64,000 bases of DNA, from contig NC_087436.1 of the NCBI RefSeq assembly GCF_036321535.1, positions 14,694,001-14,758,000 on the forward strand. The letters run 5' to 3'. The DNA is from Camelus dromedarius (taxonomy: Eukaryota). The notes beneath the pieces are model-generated. The model ran no database searches and was not told the origin of the DNA. It saw only the letters and a list, made by a program, of their open reading frames with translations. Below are positions 1 through 14,012 of the stretch, piece after piece. Position 1 is the first letter of the stretch, and every line of letters starts with the position of its first letter. Both the position numbers and the translations under genes were made by a program.

Positions 1-1889
1 GATATATTATTACTATATAAGAACCGAGGCTTAGAACATTTAAAGAATCTGATTCTCAAGTCTTAACAACAGTGCTTAGAAATTTAGATCTTTGGTACCC
101 TGTGCTGCTCTTGTTTTTTATTTTTTGCTTACGTGGAAACCCCTTGTTTAACACACACGTGCGAACACAGGCACAAGCCCGCACACCCCCAAATATACAC
201 AAATAAAATTCTCATCACCACCACACCCGTGTTTAATAGCTTATCTGCTGTGTTCATGCGGCAACTGCTTCACTGAGGGGAAGTGTTGTTCTGCCGTTTT
301 CATATTAGCTTTGTTATCATGCAGGATTTTCAGCTGCTCATACTCATTACCATACAGCTGGTATGTAGAGAAGGGAAGGAAGCAAGCAGAAGTTGTACTG
401 TCTACAAGAATAAGAAGCTCTCTTGCAGATGGGGTGCTGGCAGATGGGGCATGTGTTTGAACAGGTTTTACTAATAACAGAGTGCATTAAAAATCATTCC
501 GAGAAAGTCTAAGGTCAGTGCCATGAATTCAGAGCTTGAGAGGTTGTTCAGCTTTTTGTAGACCTTTTTAGAATATTAATTAACTCTAATGCAAAAAAGT
601 AATGGTCAACCACAGCCTCTTCCAAAAAATTTTTATCAGCTTTTTTTTTTTATTTTAGTATACTTTGTTTCTTTTTCATTTAAAAAGCATGAATAACTTT
701 TGGCTAGTGTTTCTCATCATCTTGCACTGTATTTTGTAGTCTTCAAATATATTTACTTAACATTCTCAGAGTATGTTTATATACAAAAGTGTTTTGTATA
801 CATGCTTTGAACATGTATACATGCTTTGAGCAATGTAATAACATTCTTCAGTTTTGATATATATATATAAGAATATTTATTAGGAGATGAAAACCAAAGA
901 GGATTTGGAAATCCATAGTATAGTGTTGACTACATTGAAGATTAAGATGAGATGTGTTCCAACTGCATTCAGAGTTAGAATTGAATGATATGCCCCTACA
1001 TGTATCTATTGTTAAATTTATTACTCAAAAAACCAAAATGAATAAAGTAGTAATTTAAATATCAATATTTTTTTTAAAGATATTTCAGTTGGACCTAGTC
1101 CTTTTGACCCTTTTCATTAAGTGTAGTGTTTCTTAATCTATCTCAGTGGGAGCTGGTGATAAAAAGCAGATAAAGCAAAATAAAGCTAGGCAATTATATG
1201 TAAAGTACCCAGTTTTCAGTTTAATTTTAATGGAAATGGAACTCACCCTGTTATTCTGTTCACAGAGATTAAAAGATATATTGCCAAATTTTTAAAGCTA
1301 ATATTAGTTATAATGCTTTTGATAACTCTCAAAAACTTTCATGCTGTATATTTCCTGTCAGTAAAACAGAGACAAAAAATGCTATCTATTAGGTTAAGAC
1401 CTATGAACCAATAAAACAGTTGATAAGTGAGATCTGTAGGAAATGGTGTACATTAAGTTGTTAAAATTGTGAATTCTCTTTAATAGTAAAAGTTTATATT
1501 CTGTTGGGCTTTTTTTAAGGTACAAGAAGTCCTAAACCAGATTGGCTTTTAATAACAAAGATAATTGTATTTTCATTGCATATCAAAGTGTATATTTTCT
1601 TCCAATGTAATTTATACTTGAATTGTGTAACCATTAAATATCTAGAACATTTTATTACTTTTCCCTAAGGGGGAAAACATATAAAATATTATAGATAGTA
1701 CTATGTATAATATAATACTAAATAAGTTACAAATATATAAAATGTATTGTTCACAGAATAAGGAAAGGTGATATTAATCATCTTTCCTTGTGAAAATTGT
1801 GAGTTTTTAAATTATGCTGAAAATGAGTACTTTTCACTTATTATTTCTGTAGTTCTGTCATTGTAGATTAGAGTATATCTCACATCGTT

Positions 1890-2130
1890 AATTAGCTCAT
1901 GTAAGTATTTTTTATTGATACCCTGATATGTGCAGGAACTGGTGAGGAGCTGAGGTACAACAAGAATCAAAATAGACGTGGTCACTGCTCTTATGGAACT
2001 TACAGTCTAACGGGGAGGATAGACAAGGACTTAATGTGCCCACACTGTGACAAGGTGTTGGGTTTGTCAAGCACTGTGGTTAACAGCTTTAGAGTGGGAG
2101 GAGGTGGCTCTGTGAAGGAAATTGTAGATG
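1890..2130 (-). mobile_element. L2 LINE 3' fragment
   Basis: tatttttattga...tatgtgcaggaactgg...ctgctcttatggaacttacagtcta resembles the reverse complement of the L2 3' end. Boundaries approximate. Confidence 0.6.
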
Positions 2131-2159
2131 ACCTATACACAGATAATTCCCATGTTTTT

Positions 2160-3152
2160 ATCTTTGATCTAGACCTTTTTTCTGAGCTCCAGAGCCAGGT
2201 GGAGCATGATATCCTCACCTGGATGTCTCAGAGACACCTCAAACCAATAAGACTAAACTTCTGGTCCTTCCTACCCTAGAAAACAAAACAAACACTGACC
2301 CTTGTTCAGTCTGCTCTGTTATTTTCCATCCAGTTGCATAAGTAAGAAACCTTGGTATTATCGTTAATAACTCCCTCTGCCTTACTTCCCGTGACCAGTC
2401 TGTCACCAAATCCTATGAGTTTTATGTCCTAAATACCACTTCTGTCCATCTCTAATGCTCTTAGCTAGCCCACACCGACATTACCTCTTGCATGGTCTAA
2501 TGGAAAATCTTCCTCCACGGTCTGTCCACATCCACTCTCACTTTCTTCCCCATTTTGGGGGGGGGGGGCAATTAAGTTTATTCTTATTTGTTTATTTATT
2601 TGATGGAGGTACTGGGGATAAAACCCAGGACCTCATGTATGCTAGGCACACACTCCACCACTGAGCTATATCCTCCCTCCCCACCCCCGTTTTGTTTTTA
2701 ACTTTACTTTCTGAATGGTATTTCAAAAGGTATGTCTGGATTATGTCCCTCCCTTGACTAACTTTACTTTTCATTACTCTTATGGTAAAGACAAAATCCT
2801 TTGTTGAGGTCTTGTATAATCTGACCCATGTCTACTTCTCTAGCCTCATCTTGCACCTGTCATAATACCTTTATTCTATGCACTGCAGCCCTCGGGGTGC
2901 CCCTCCCCCACCGCAACACAGCTTAGTCCTTCAGAGAAGAGAAGCCTTCTCTGAACCCCAAAACTGTATCAAAACCTTAACATTATGCATTTTTCTGACA
3001 CTGTAGCATTTACCATGGTTTCAGTTTTGCTCTGTTTTAATGTTTCATTATGTTTCTCCCCTACTACACTATAAACTCCAATCGTGAAGCTGAGACCATA
3101 CTTAATTTAGCTTATGTATAATAGGCAATCAAGTAAATGTTGAATGAATGAG
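2160..3152 (+). mobile_element. L2 LINE 3' fragment, interrupted by a SINE
   Basis: ctgagctccaga...cacctggatgtctcagagacacctcaaac..., ending taaatgttgaatgaatgag (L2 tail). Confidence 0.65.
2557..2681 (-). mobile_element. tRNA-derived SINE, Vic-1-like (camelid)
   Basis: Reverse complement GGATATAGCTCAGTGGTGGAGTGTGTGCCTAGCATACATGAGGTCCTGGGTTTTATCCCCAGTACCTCCATC has an A box and degenerate B box, then an AATAAA-type tail ending AAACTTAATTGCCCCC. Confidence 0.85.
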
Positions 3153-4217
3153 TGTCTGTGGGAGATTAAAATAACCATATAAATCTAAATTTGTTATAAT
3201 TATGTATCCTAGGTAAAATAAAGATAATTAGAGGTACCTAAAACAATGAAGTGTAGGATAGAAGCCTAGAGATATGCAAGTATCAGCAATGATGTTTACT
3301 GCTAGGAGGTGATAACCACACATGGATCAAGTTGACATATACTCAAGATGGGCTGGCTCTTAGAAAAAGATCATACGTGATGAAATTAAGAAACAGGGCC
3401 AACATGGTCACCACATATCAAAGAGCATGTTCTTTATGTACTCAGATAGAAAAGCCCTCAGTGTGTGTATACACATACACACATACGTATTATTTGGTTA
3501 GTACGTAGTTTTAGGCTGTCTACGAAACTAAAAAATTCAAAATCAAGTAGAAGTCATAGTTCCCTGTTAAGTGCATTTGGGTTAGAGTAACCAATAAAGA
3601 TAACACGAAGTAGTGTCTTCAGTAAGTGTTTGTAACTTTTGCCAGTTTTCTGCAACATTCAGATCATTTTAGTAATGTTGAAAGACCTAGTAGCCTCTTT
3701 GAAAGGACCTTCCAATGGAGATACTTTGGTGTATTCTGCTCTCAGGTCTTTTTCATTATTTCACTTTTTAGAGAAATAAAACAGAACATGAAGAATTAAG
3801 GGTAGAAGATAGACGTTCTTAGGGGATTTGGGAAAAGGAACCTAAATCCAAGTGTTGCTGTGGACCCGCTTTCATCAGTCTTCCTTCCACTGTGCCTACT
3901 GATGGCTGCCTAGCATCTGTACAGTGTCAGAGAGGGTGGGAGCTGTTCATCGAGGACCCGTTGGCAGTAGCGTGTTAACTTGCTTTCGAGCTGCTCTTAG
4001 TAAATTCCCGGAAGTAAAGTGGATCAGAGTACACTGTTAGCTGCCTAGTTTGTCTTTTCCTTCCCTGTGTCTATTGTGAGTCTAACATGAATTTCATCCA
4101 CACATCACACATTTACATGCTGAATTAGCTCACGAAGCATCTTGGAGATTTCTTAACTACCAATACTTCTTGCTATGTATGTGAAAATCCTATTTCATTT
4201 TCTATAAACTGGACACC

Positions 4218-4414
4218 AAGATCTGCTTGTGTTCAAATCCCACCTACCTACTGAATAGTTTTGTGACCTTGGGAAAGTTACTTAAACTCACTGCCTGTTT
4301 CTTGCCTGTAAAATGAGATAATAATAGTACCTACTGCATAGGGTTATTATACAGTTTCAATGAGTTAGTATATGTAAAGCATCTAGAAGGGTGCCTGGCA
4401 TATAGTGAGTTCTC
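4218..4414 (+). mobile_element. MIR SINE
   Basis: gttcaaatccc...tgtgaccttgggaaagttacttaa...ctgtaaaatgagataataatagtacctac core. Confidence 0.85.
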
Positions 4415-5309
4415 TTCCCTGTATACTTCATTTTCTTAAGAGAACATCTTAAAAAAAAAAAAGAGTTGCTAATTCAAACTTGAATAGTTTACAGTATCTT
4501 TGGCAGTAGGCACTGAAGGAGCACTCAAAGCAGATTAAAATCTAGTGTTTATTTTTCCTTTATTCTTTTGGTTTAAAATATTGTCATGTGTGAAAACAAT
4601 TCTCTCTTTCTCTTTTGAGGTCCATGCATTGTCATATAACTTGGGCAATTTTATTTATCATTTTTATTGATTTGTCAGTTTTTTTATTGACTTGTCTATC
4701 CTTCCATCTGAATTGGGGGTGTTCTTCCAGGAGAGAGACTATGTCTTGCTCAATTTTGCACCCTTTTTGCTTAGAGTCTGGCTTTCAGGTTAACCTGGCT
4801 AAGTATTTCTAGGATGTGATAGGTCTAGATCTATACAAATAAAATGTTTGAATTAAATGTTTAGTTTTTTCCCCTTCTTGTTTCATTGTTTAGAAAATAG
4901 AGAACCATTATATGACTCAGGATTCTGTTGGGTGAGACTGATGATATTATAATGAAATTAGGGGTTAGAGGCTCACCATAAATTTTTCTCACAGTAATTT
5001 CCTTTTCCTATGCTACCTGTATGTAAGCAAATACAGTGAATTTCACAAAGTTAAAGTCTTTGAAAATAAATGAATTGGTAGGGAGTAAATTACTTTGTCC
5101 TAACAAAATCTGTTTATTATAATTGTTTAATAAAAGCTAGTTGAGTAAAGATATCTTAGAAACTCGTGTTTAGTTTTACTCTTTGCTATTTACATTGTGA
5201 TCGTGATTAATATGTCTTCATTTAACATCTCTTGAAAAATATTCTAAGTTCTTAATATGCTATTTTGTCTCTTGATAAAATAACTTTAAAGGAAAGGCTT
5301 AAAATGAAG

Positions 5310-5313
<4 letters not shown>

Positions 5314-5361
<48 letters not shown>
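5314..5361 (+). repeat. (GT)24 microsatellite
   Basis: Direct reading. Confidence 0.97.
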
Positions 5362-5363
<2 letters not shown>

Positions 5364-7469
5364 ATCCCAAGAGCTAACAAAATACTACAATTTTAAAAAT
5401 ATTCTCGAGTTCAACATCTTTTTGGCAGCCTTAATTTTATATTCTTTGGTAGATTCAAGCTATTCCTCCCAGAATTTTTTTTCATGTTGTAGAAGTTTGA
5501 ACATGCATTGACTCAAAAAAGCAATTTAAGATCTAGTGTTTTGAACTGTTTTCAGATCACTATGCAGTGGTTTTCATCAGACCAGCTGTGTGTATAGAAC
5601 AGTTCTTAATTAAGTTGTATGCAAATTTGTTTAATAGTCATCAGGCCATCATTATATACTATACTTTCATGCAACTGGTAGGAAACTCATGATGTCCATC
5701 CCACAGAAGGAACTTTTTAGAATTATGTATCAAGTGTGACAAACTTTCAAAGTTAATTTGTGTACATTTAGAGGCCTTAAGTATTTATAGGTAAATATTT
5801 TTTAAGTTATGAGCTGAATATTAAAGAATTTTTTAATAAAGAAAATAAACTTATAAAATATTTCTGTTATGATAGTTTTGCCAAGATATCAAAGTCCTCC
5901 TAACCATCAATTTTGCAGTTCATTGCAAATAAAAAACTACTATAGATCAAATACCTTTTCAAATTAATAATTATTTTGAAAATGTTTCTACAACAGGCAA
6001 AATTATGTCAAACCCTATTCATGACTATTTCCAGCAATATTTCTTTGTACTCAGATTTTATTCACTGAATCTTCAGTCTTTTGGAATCTCCTGAAAAGGT
6101 AGGGGATCGTGTAAGCATTATGCTAGTCATATGATTCTTGATACTTTCAAAGCAAAGAATGCATTTTGTTAAATTATATATGCAGTAATTGCTTTAAAAT
6201 GTAAATTGATGTTTCTAGGATAAACATTTAGAATCCTCCTTTTTAAATGTGGTGGGGGCATGATTACTGGGTTTTTCCCTACTCATTTGACAACTACTCA
6301 AACACTTGAATACTTAAAAAGCAGGTAGGCTACTCTAATAAGTAAAGAATTGATTAAAAATCACTATGATGTGCACTTTCTAGAGGAAGAGCCAGGTATG
6401 ATTTATGTTTCTTACTAGCTAACAGCAGTATGGAATAAGTACTTAATAAATGTTTTTAAATAAGTGAAATAAGTTCTTAAGTTCCCAGATTTTGATTCAG
6501 AACTAGCATTTTTAAAGATTGATTTAAGTTATCCCTTCTCATTTTGAATTCTTCTGGAAAATTTTTAAGATACTTAAGAAGAAATGTTATGTTTTAAAAA
6601 GTGTAGTAAGTTTGGATCTGAACTGCATGACATGCTAGTCAATTATTTATAATTGAACATAATTATCAAAATCAGTAAGAAAGCCACAGAGTTGAGAATA
6701 ACATTTGTATTTTAGATTAAACAGATCCCAGATGGCTACATGCCAGTGAGTGTACCTGAGGGTTGTAGCTGAGGCTGTACTAAACTTTCAAGGCTTTTTC
6801 CAACCTTGAGTTTCCATAATTATCTTCTGAATTCCTTTATGATCACAGAGAAGCAGTTTTTAAAAGTTTATCATGGATAAAATCATTTCACCTCCAGTAA
6901 CTAAGGGTGACCATATCTTTCACCATTGTAGACATTTGCTAAAGTAAGGCTGGCAGATACGTTAACAGTATCTACAGAGATCTGAGCCCAATCTCTTTCT
7001 TGAAAAGAGTAAATTATCAAATGGAAAGATAAAATCGGAACATAGAAAATGGAAGAACAAAGAAATAGAGAGATGGTATGGTAGATACCCCTTCATTCTT
7101 ACAGATTTGAGTCACTAGATGGAAGGACTTTAGACTATTGCTTGGCACATGGTACAGAATAATTAAATATTACCTACTATGCTCTCCCTTTTCCAAGTTT
7201 AGGAATCTTCTGGGACAGGTGCTAAGTTTGAGAATTAGTATGAGGTGACAAGTGATGAGGGAAATGGAAGAGTAATTGCTACATGAAAGAGTTGAAGATT
7301 TCAAATACAGCTATGCATTTTCTCTGTTATCTCTAATTTCAACAAGTGAGAATTACTTTATGAGTAGTCTTCAATTTTATATACATTTTTGAAAACATGA
7401 AAAGTAATATAAAGACATATCTACAGAAGTTGTTTATTCTAGAAATCCTCTACTGACTTCACACTGCAC

Positions 7470-7892
7470 TTGGAATTAATTAAATCCAAACTCTTGACCG
7501 TAGTCTACAAGATCCTACGTGATCTGGCCCTTGGTTACCTCTCTGACTTCATCCTGTACCAGTCCCTTCCTCTTGGCCAGACTGGCCTGGTTCTTGTTGA
7601 TCTAGGCTCGACCCTATCATTTTGACTTAAAAATTGTTTCCTGAGTGATATAGTTCAAAATTAGCCACAATTCTCTACTACTCTCTGTTAACTACCTACT
7701 TCTTTCACAGTACCCATTTTATTTCTCTCTTACAGCTTAGCATTGTATGAAGTTAGCTTGTTCATTTATTAGTTTACTTATTATGTGTTTTCCCCCACTG
7801 CAGAATGTAAGCCATATGCGACTAGAGCGCTCATCTGCACTGTTTGCTTAGAATAGTTGTTAGCACATAGTAAGGAATACTTGTTTATTGAC
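7470..7892 (+). mobile_element. L2 LINE 3' fragment
   Basis: taaatccaaactcttgacc...gtgatctggccct...acctctctgacttcatc...ttagcacatagtaagg. Confidence 0.6.
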
Positions 7893-9369
7893 AGCTTAAA
7901 AAAAATAAGGAAAATCTCTTCTTAAGCCACTTAGCTGACCGCTGTGTACATTTTTATATATTTATGTAGGCTTTTCTCCATGCGTACACATGCACATACA
8001 CATATGCATATATATTTTGAAAAGGACCCTACTTTGTATCATGTTTGAGCCTCACATGCCTCCTACTTACCAGTAATTCTTCCTGTCGTTCTGCACGTGA
8101 TGAACAGTTTCTAGGCTTTCAAAATGCTCTATAGTGAAGTCTGTTCCTTAGAAGAAGGCTTTGAGTCTGGAGGCTGGAGGGGCAGGGCATGGGGAGAAGG
8201 GGCTGGGAGTAGAACAGGACAAAGTAGTTCATTTTCCAGGCAAGCTGCATTTTGGAATAGCAGAGGTGCTTTTGGCCACGTGTTGGTGAGAGTCAATGAG
8301 TCAGTTATCCACCTTTGCCCTGAGTTACATTTTTTATTGTCTTTTCATCAAGTTTTATGGTTAAGTATATGATTTGAATGAATGTTTATTTAAGAAATCT
8401 CTTATTTCTGCACCATTCCCCCCTGTATTCAAGAGCACAGTCTGCTTGTATGTATGATTTCTGGTATAAGTGCCCATGGAAACAGAAAGACCCCTTCTTA
8501 GTCAGCGTTTGTAACTGAAATAAAAAGTCTACAGTCTTCACACCCACACAGCCAAGTTCTCCTTGTACAGAAAGACACATATTAGCCCTAAAATGGAAGA
8601 ATGAGTCATGGCAGGAAGTACTTTTGAAGAAACCATTACTAGTAAGTTAAAGACTATTTTAACTGTAGTATTAAATGTTTGAATTAGGAAATAATACTAA
8701 GTAGGTTATTCCCTAATGAACCTTACTATGACTAGTGGCTGGTAGATGTTTTATAGATGTTGTTAATCCTTCAAGTTAACAATGTGGCCTTTCCACATAT
8801 ATCTTAGGTCCACAGATGATAATTTCCTTCTATTTCCTCAACATCTACCAAATTTCTGTCTTTTAAACTTAGAAACAAGACTGTATGTTTTGTGAAATCT
8901 CAGACTATTTAAATGACTATTCCATTTTTTGACCTCCTAAACTACCCAGGTTGGCACTTAATATCTAGTCAAATATTGTCCTCTATTAGTTTCTTGTCTT
9001 GCCAGTTGAATTTTAAGTCTCTTGGGGGGTGGAGGTTATTATGATGTTTTTAATTGACTTCAGTAGCATTTTGCAGATATTGGGATATAGTGGGTGATTA
9101 TTTCTTGATTGATTTCATTTAACCTAAATCTTTCATTTTCTGTGACTTTCTCCCCGGTTACTGTATCTTTGCCTCACATTTCCCACATGTAGCAGAACTG
9201 TGGACCCAAATAATCACTCCATGAACTCAATAATTAAGATTTAGTAGTAGTTTGCATATTTAATTGCTATTTGCAAAATGTAACACTTTTTTCCTTCTTC
9301 AGTAATGTCTGATTTTTTTTTCTTTTTAAGTTCAACTTGAGCCATCACATATCTAATGGAAATTGGTTA

Positions 9370-9780
9370 AAAGTAACAAACCTGGGACCGGAGTCTAATG
9401 TTCTCAAATAACTATATAACCCTGAGCAAGACACTTTATTCTCTTCTTTGCCTTTCTTACCTGTTAATAACAGTTACTGTTTTATAGGGTGTTTATAGGA
9501 TATCTGTTATATGCTGGGCATCTCTGTGTCCTCACAATGACTCTGTGGCTTAGGTTCTTTCGTAAGGTAAATGGTATTACCATTACATTTTCACAAAAAA
9601 AGAGAAACTGGAACTCATGAAGGGCAAATAACCCCTATGAAGGTTACACGCTAATAATGGCATAGCCGGTGTTTAAACTCAGATTTCTCCAATTCCAAAA
9701 CTTATGTTCATTCCACAAACAATGGGGAATTAGATTAGATGATTTCCAGGATCCCTTCTATTTCTAAACTCTATGACTTA
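9370..9780. mobile_element. Nested MIR fragments (+ ~9370-9490, - ~9510-9718, MIR3/MIRc-like tail + ~9720-9780)
   Basis: MIR core motifs on both strands; tail ggaattagattagatgatttccaggatcccttcta. Confidence 0.55.
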
Positions 9781-12700
9781 ACTGCTATTAGTGTTTTTTT
9801 ATTGATTCAGTGGGTGTAACCTTTTTACTTCCTAGCCTGTAGCTCTTTTCTCTAAGCTTTTTGGTCATGACTAATAGCTAAAATAAGAAATTAATTTCAG
9901 AATTTTAAACAGTTCTTAAAATGAAAGGTTATTTTAATATTAAGATACAAGATTGGTATGCCATGTCTGTAGAAAATTTTTCTCAAGTCATGTGAATATA
10001 TTTGAACATCACAAACAACAGCAGTAAATATCAAATTCGATAGAGAAAGAAGAGTGAATATGGTTCTAAACCATACACGGAGAGAAACTGATTTCATTCT
10101 TTCTCCATGTCAATTTAAGTCCTTCCTGGCTCATATTTGCTGTTTTATTTTTCTTGAAATTAACTTTTTAAAAATAGTTTTCCATGATATTTTTCTTACT
10201 TTACTGAAGGGATTACTACCCAAAAATTTGTAATAAAAATTTGAGAGTAAACTCTTAGATGTGAATTCAAAATGCTTACTGGTAGTTTATTTTGGATTTG
10301 AAGCATGAGATATAAAGATTAACTGCTTTCTAGATAAATCAGGATAAACTCCAGAGTGACTTACCAACTTTGTCAAATTACTGCAGATGTTGCCTGTCTG
10401 TAAAGAAGTATCGTAAGTAATGTTTTGGTATGTGTGTTAAGTCTCTGACAGCTCCGTAACTACAAATTTCAGAATTGCAAACAACCCGTCTTCATTGTTT
10501 TCTCTGTGGCTGTGGTAAATAGAACTCTTAATTTGCATCATTGTGTGAAACTCTGTAGGTGCGTATGTTTGTATATTGGTAGACACATACATTTGTGTGT
10601 ATGATTAGCAGGTGACTAATTTGGCCCCATCTAAGAGATGAAAAAAACTTTTACTCTTGAATCAACATTGCAGGTTATTTGTGTCAAATCCTCAGGGGTT
10701 GCATTTTGTAAAGAAAGTTATAAATATTTTGAACTTAAGGATAAAGAAAAATGTATAAAAGTACCACTCTACAATCATAGTTGTTTTTTAAAATGTTGAA
10801 ACCAGTCTAAGCTATGATATTTTAATTTGCATTTTGCTTTATTGAGGTTAGGGTTCTGTATATTATTATAAGCATCCCTTTCATTTCCCAACAAGTGTGT
10901 TTTAAAAAAAGTTGTTATATAGGACAATATTTAATGTTTAGGTATTTTTTAAATGCTGTAGTATTTTAATATTTGTTTACTTGGATGGTAATTTCAATCT
11001 AAATCTGACAACTTGTTTCATTATACATAGTCTCAAAAAATTTTTGAACTAATTTCAGTGTAAGTTCTAAGAATCAGATACATTATTTTCTGTCTTAAAT
11101 TGACCATAAATTCAGTGAAAAAAAAAGGTTTTTTGATTATATACTATCCTGACACATAGTAGGTATAAATAAATGCATTATGAGTGCATAAATATGAAAA
11201 TAGCTTATTGATCAATAATGCCACCTACTTGTTTTAAGGAAAATGTAGGTGCTGGGCATACATACTATTTTAACAGATAATACCTGTGATAGAACGGTTT
11301 ATTAACTTGCCAGTTTTAGTTGTGAATCTTTTAAGAAGAACTTAATGACGGTGGGTTAGTGAGATTTCAGAAAATTTATTTCAACCTTAACATGCTCGGC
11401 ATTCCTTTCTTTGATGTTGAAATCCCAAACTGTCTCTAATCTAAGTTCTGTACTCAGGGCAAGATAGCTAACTGTGTAGGTGGTTTTCCTAGTATAATAT
11501 CAGTGTAAAGAATGTTGTCATATAGTAATAAAGAAAGTCACTGACATACAGATATAAACACATTCTCCTACTATTATAAAATGGAAGTAGATTTTTAAAT
11601 GTTGGCAAAGTAATGAAAAGAAACAATAGAATTTATAGTATCAACTAATTATAATACAATAGTTGAGCTTTTTAGTACTAAGTATAATTTAGTACTAGGC
11701 ATACATTTATGCTTTAGAAAAATGATGTTATGTTTGCTACTATTTGCTTATGTGGCCAGTTATTCAAAACTATTAATTATTTGTTATGTATCATTTTTCT
11801 ACTATGTGAGATGTGAACCTTCAAATGGTAGGGGAGAAAGATGTACAAAAATAAGTACAAGGAGGTGTGATAAGTGCAGTAATAGAAGAATATGTTTGAA
11901 ATCGAAATACTGAACTCTGAGTCAAGGTGAGGAAAAGTACTCTGTTAACGGTTCCTTCCTCTGTTGACACCATATATAAAGATAGGTACTTCCCTGAAGA
12001 TAACATGATCAAGTGGAGACTGTCTTACTGTTTGTATTTTCCTCACTATTTATATGTAGGTTAGTTTTTGTTTCTGCCCGTAACCACAGCTTGCCCTTCT
12101 GAAAACTTAGTCATCCCAACCAGTTGCTCAGAAAGAGCCATTTCTCTGTACTAGCTCACAGGCTAATCATTCCTCTGTCAGTATTTCCCAGACTCTTACA
12201 CTCTGGGGCAGCACATCTTCATATCTTTGTGTGGTTTTTTTTATTTTTCGAGCTACTGCTCTCATGCATTCCTCATACACCCAGCTCAATGGAGTTGTGA
12301 TGGGATGAGCATTGGGTCTGAATTAGCAGACAGTCTATGGTCCAGGACTTCAATGATAGTCCCTGCCCTTGCTCGTAGATTTTCAGTAAGGCTTATAGCT
12401 TGTCATCAGAAGAAATAATTTTTTATAGAATGGGAAATTTATTGTTTAGCTGATATTACATGAAGATTTACTTTATTGTAGTGAAAATATATTAAATACA
12501 TTGAGATATTAATTCTAAAAATTGATGACAAACACAAGTATTTTTTTTTTAGCTATGATGGTTAACTCTCTAGCCTTTTCAGTGAACTTACTAGTTAACA
12601 TTGCAGCCTAAAGCATAAAATACTTTTGTTTTTGTTACATTTATTTAACAGATTTTGGACTGATTTCAATTTTACAGTATTTCTGTCTACCACAGGGATA

Positions 12701-13714
12701 AGACAGACATAGATTCACATATAAAGTCTTTATCAGTAATATTACTAAAAACCTTAAATCTCTGTATAAAGTTTTAAACATCTGTATTTTAGCCAAGACT
12801 CCCAGAAATAGGAATATGAGAAATCATTTGCTTTGTTCATATATAGATTATGATGAAAGTAGTCTAATAGATCACAGTTTTCATTACTGGTACTTCAAAG
12901 AATATTACAAATCATTCATTTTTATTCTATTAATTTGAAGTCTAGTTAGAGATTTGGTTGACTAGCTTTGCTTGACAAATTCTTCACAGTTCAAATTAAC
13001 ATTGTAAACAAGGTATTAAGGAGAATTGTTTAAATACTTGGGAAAATAAAGTCTTCATGAGTACTTATAAACATATACATTCTCACTTAAAGGATAAACA
13101 AACTAATAAAAATCATTACCAAGTGGGAACCATGGTAGATAGGTGGTTGGGGGTGTTGGAAAGTCTTCTCAGTGTTTAGTTTTTGTGTATCATTTTGATT
13201 TTTGAGCCATGTAGATATTTTGCCTACTCAAAGATAAAATATGAATATACATACCTACATATAAACATACATTTGTGACAATCATGTTTTCCTGTGGCTT
13301 CCTAGCCATGCATAGGAGCCGTGTCACCAGAAGAGCATTCTTTGAATACACAAAGTTAAGATAGTTTCTTCTTTAAACATCCTAGATTTTGAGACAGTGC
13401 TCGTGGTTTATTAAAATTGGCCTGTGTCCTCAACTGAGTAGAATTAATTTGGAAAGGTTAGTTCAGCCAGAGATAGGACATGGTTTCAGCTGAAGTCAAG
13501 GTGTTTACTGTTCTATGACTGCTAGGTGGGCAGTCTCTTTGTCCTCCAACAGGCCTTACAGGAAATTTCAGGTGTTCATTTTACAATTAATTTCTTCAGA
13601 TAGCCCACAACTGAGTTGGATTTTTTTTTGCTAAGAGTAAGAGATCTTTTTAAAAGGAACTTTCCTTTGAAGTAAGCTAATTGTTTATGTAGAAAACTAA
13701 TTTTTTTTAATCAA

Positions 13715-14012
13715 CTAAAGTCCATAGTTTACATTAAGGTTCACTCTTGATGTTGTACATTCTATGGATTTTGACAAATGCATAATGATATGTAGCCACC
13801 ACTATAGTATCATACAGAATAATTTCATTGCCCTAAAAATCCCTTGTGCTCCATCTTTTCATTCCTCCCTCCTTCCCTCTCCCCAAACCCCTAGAAACCA
13901 TGATCTTTTTATTGTTCCTGTAGCTGTGCCTTTTCCAGAATGTCATTTGGTTGAAATCATACAGTTTGTAGCCTTTTCAGACTAGCTTCTTTCATTTAGT
14001 AATATGTCTTTT
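13715..14012 (-). mobile_element. Old L1 (L1MC-like) 3' end
   Basis: aaagtccatagtttacattaaggttcactcttg...catacagaataatttcattgccctaaaaatccc. Confidence 0.8.

Noticed and set aside
2600..2675. tRNA gene (also 37750-37820)
   Set aside because: Degenerate B box, no cloverleaf, and an A-rich tail indicate a SINE.
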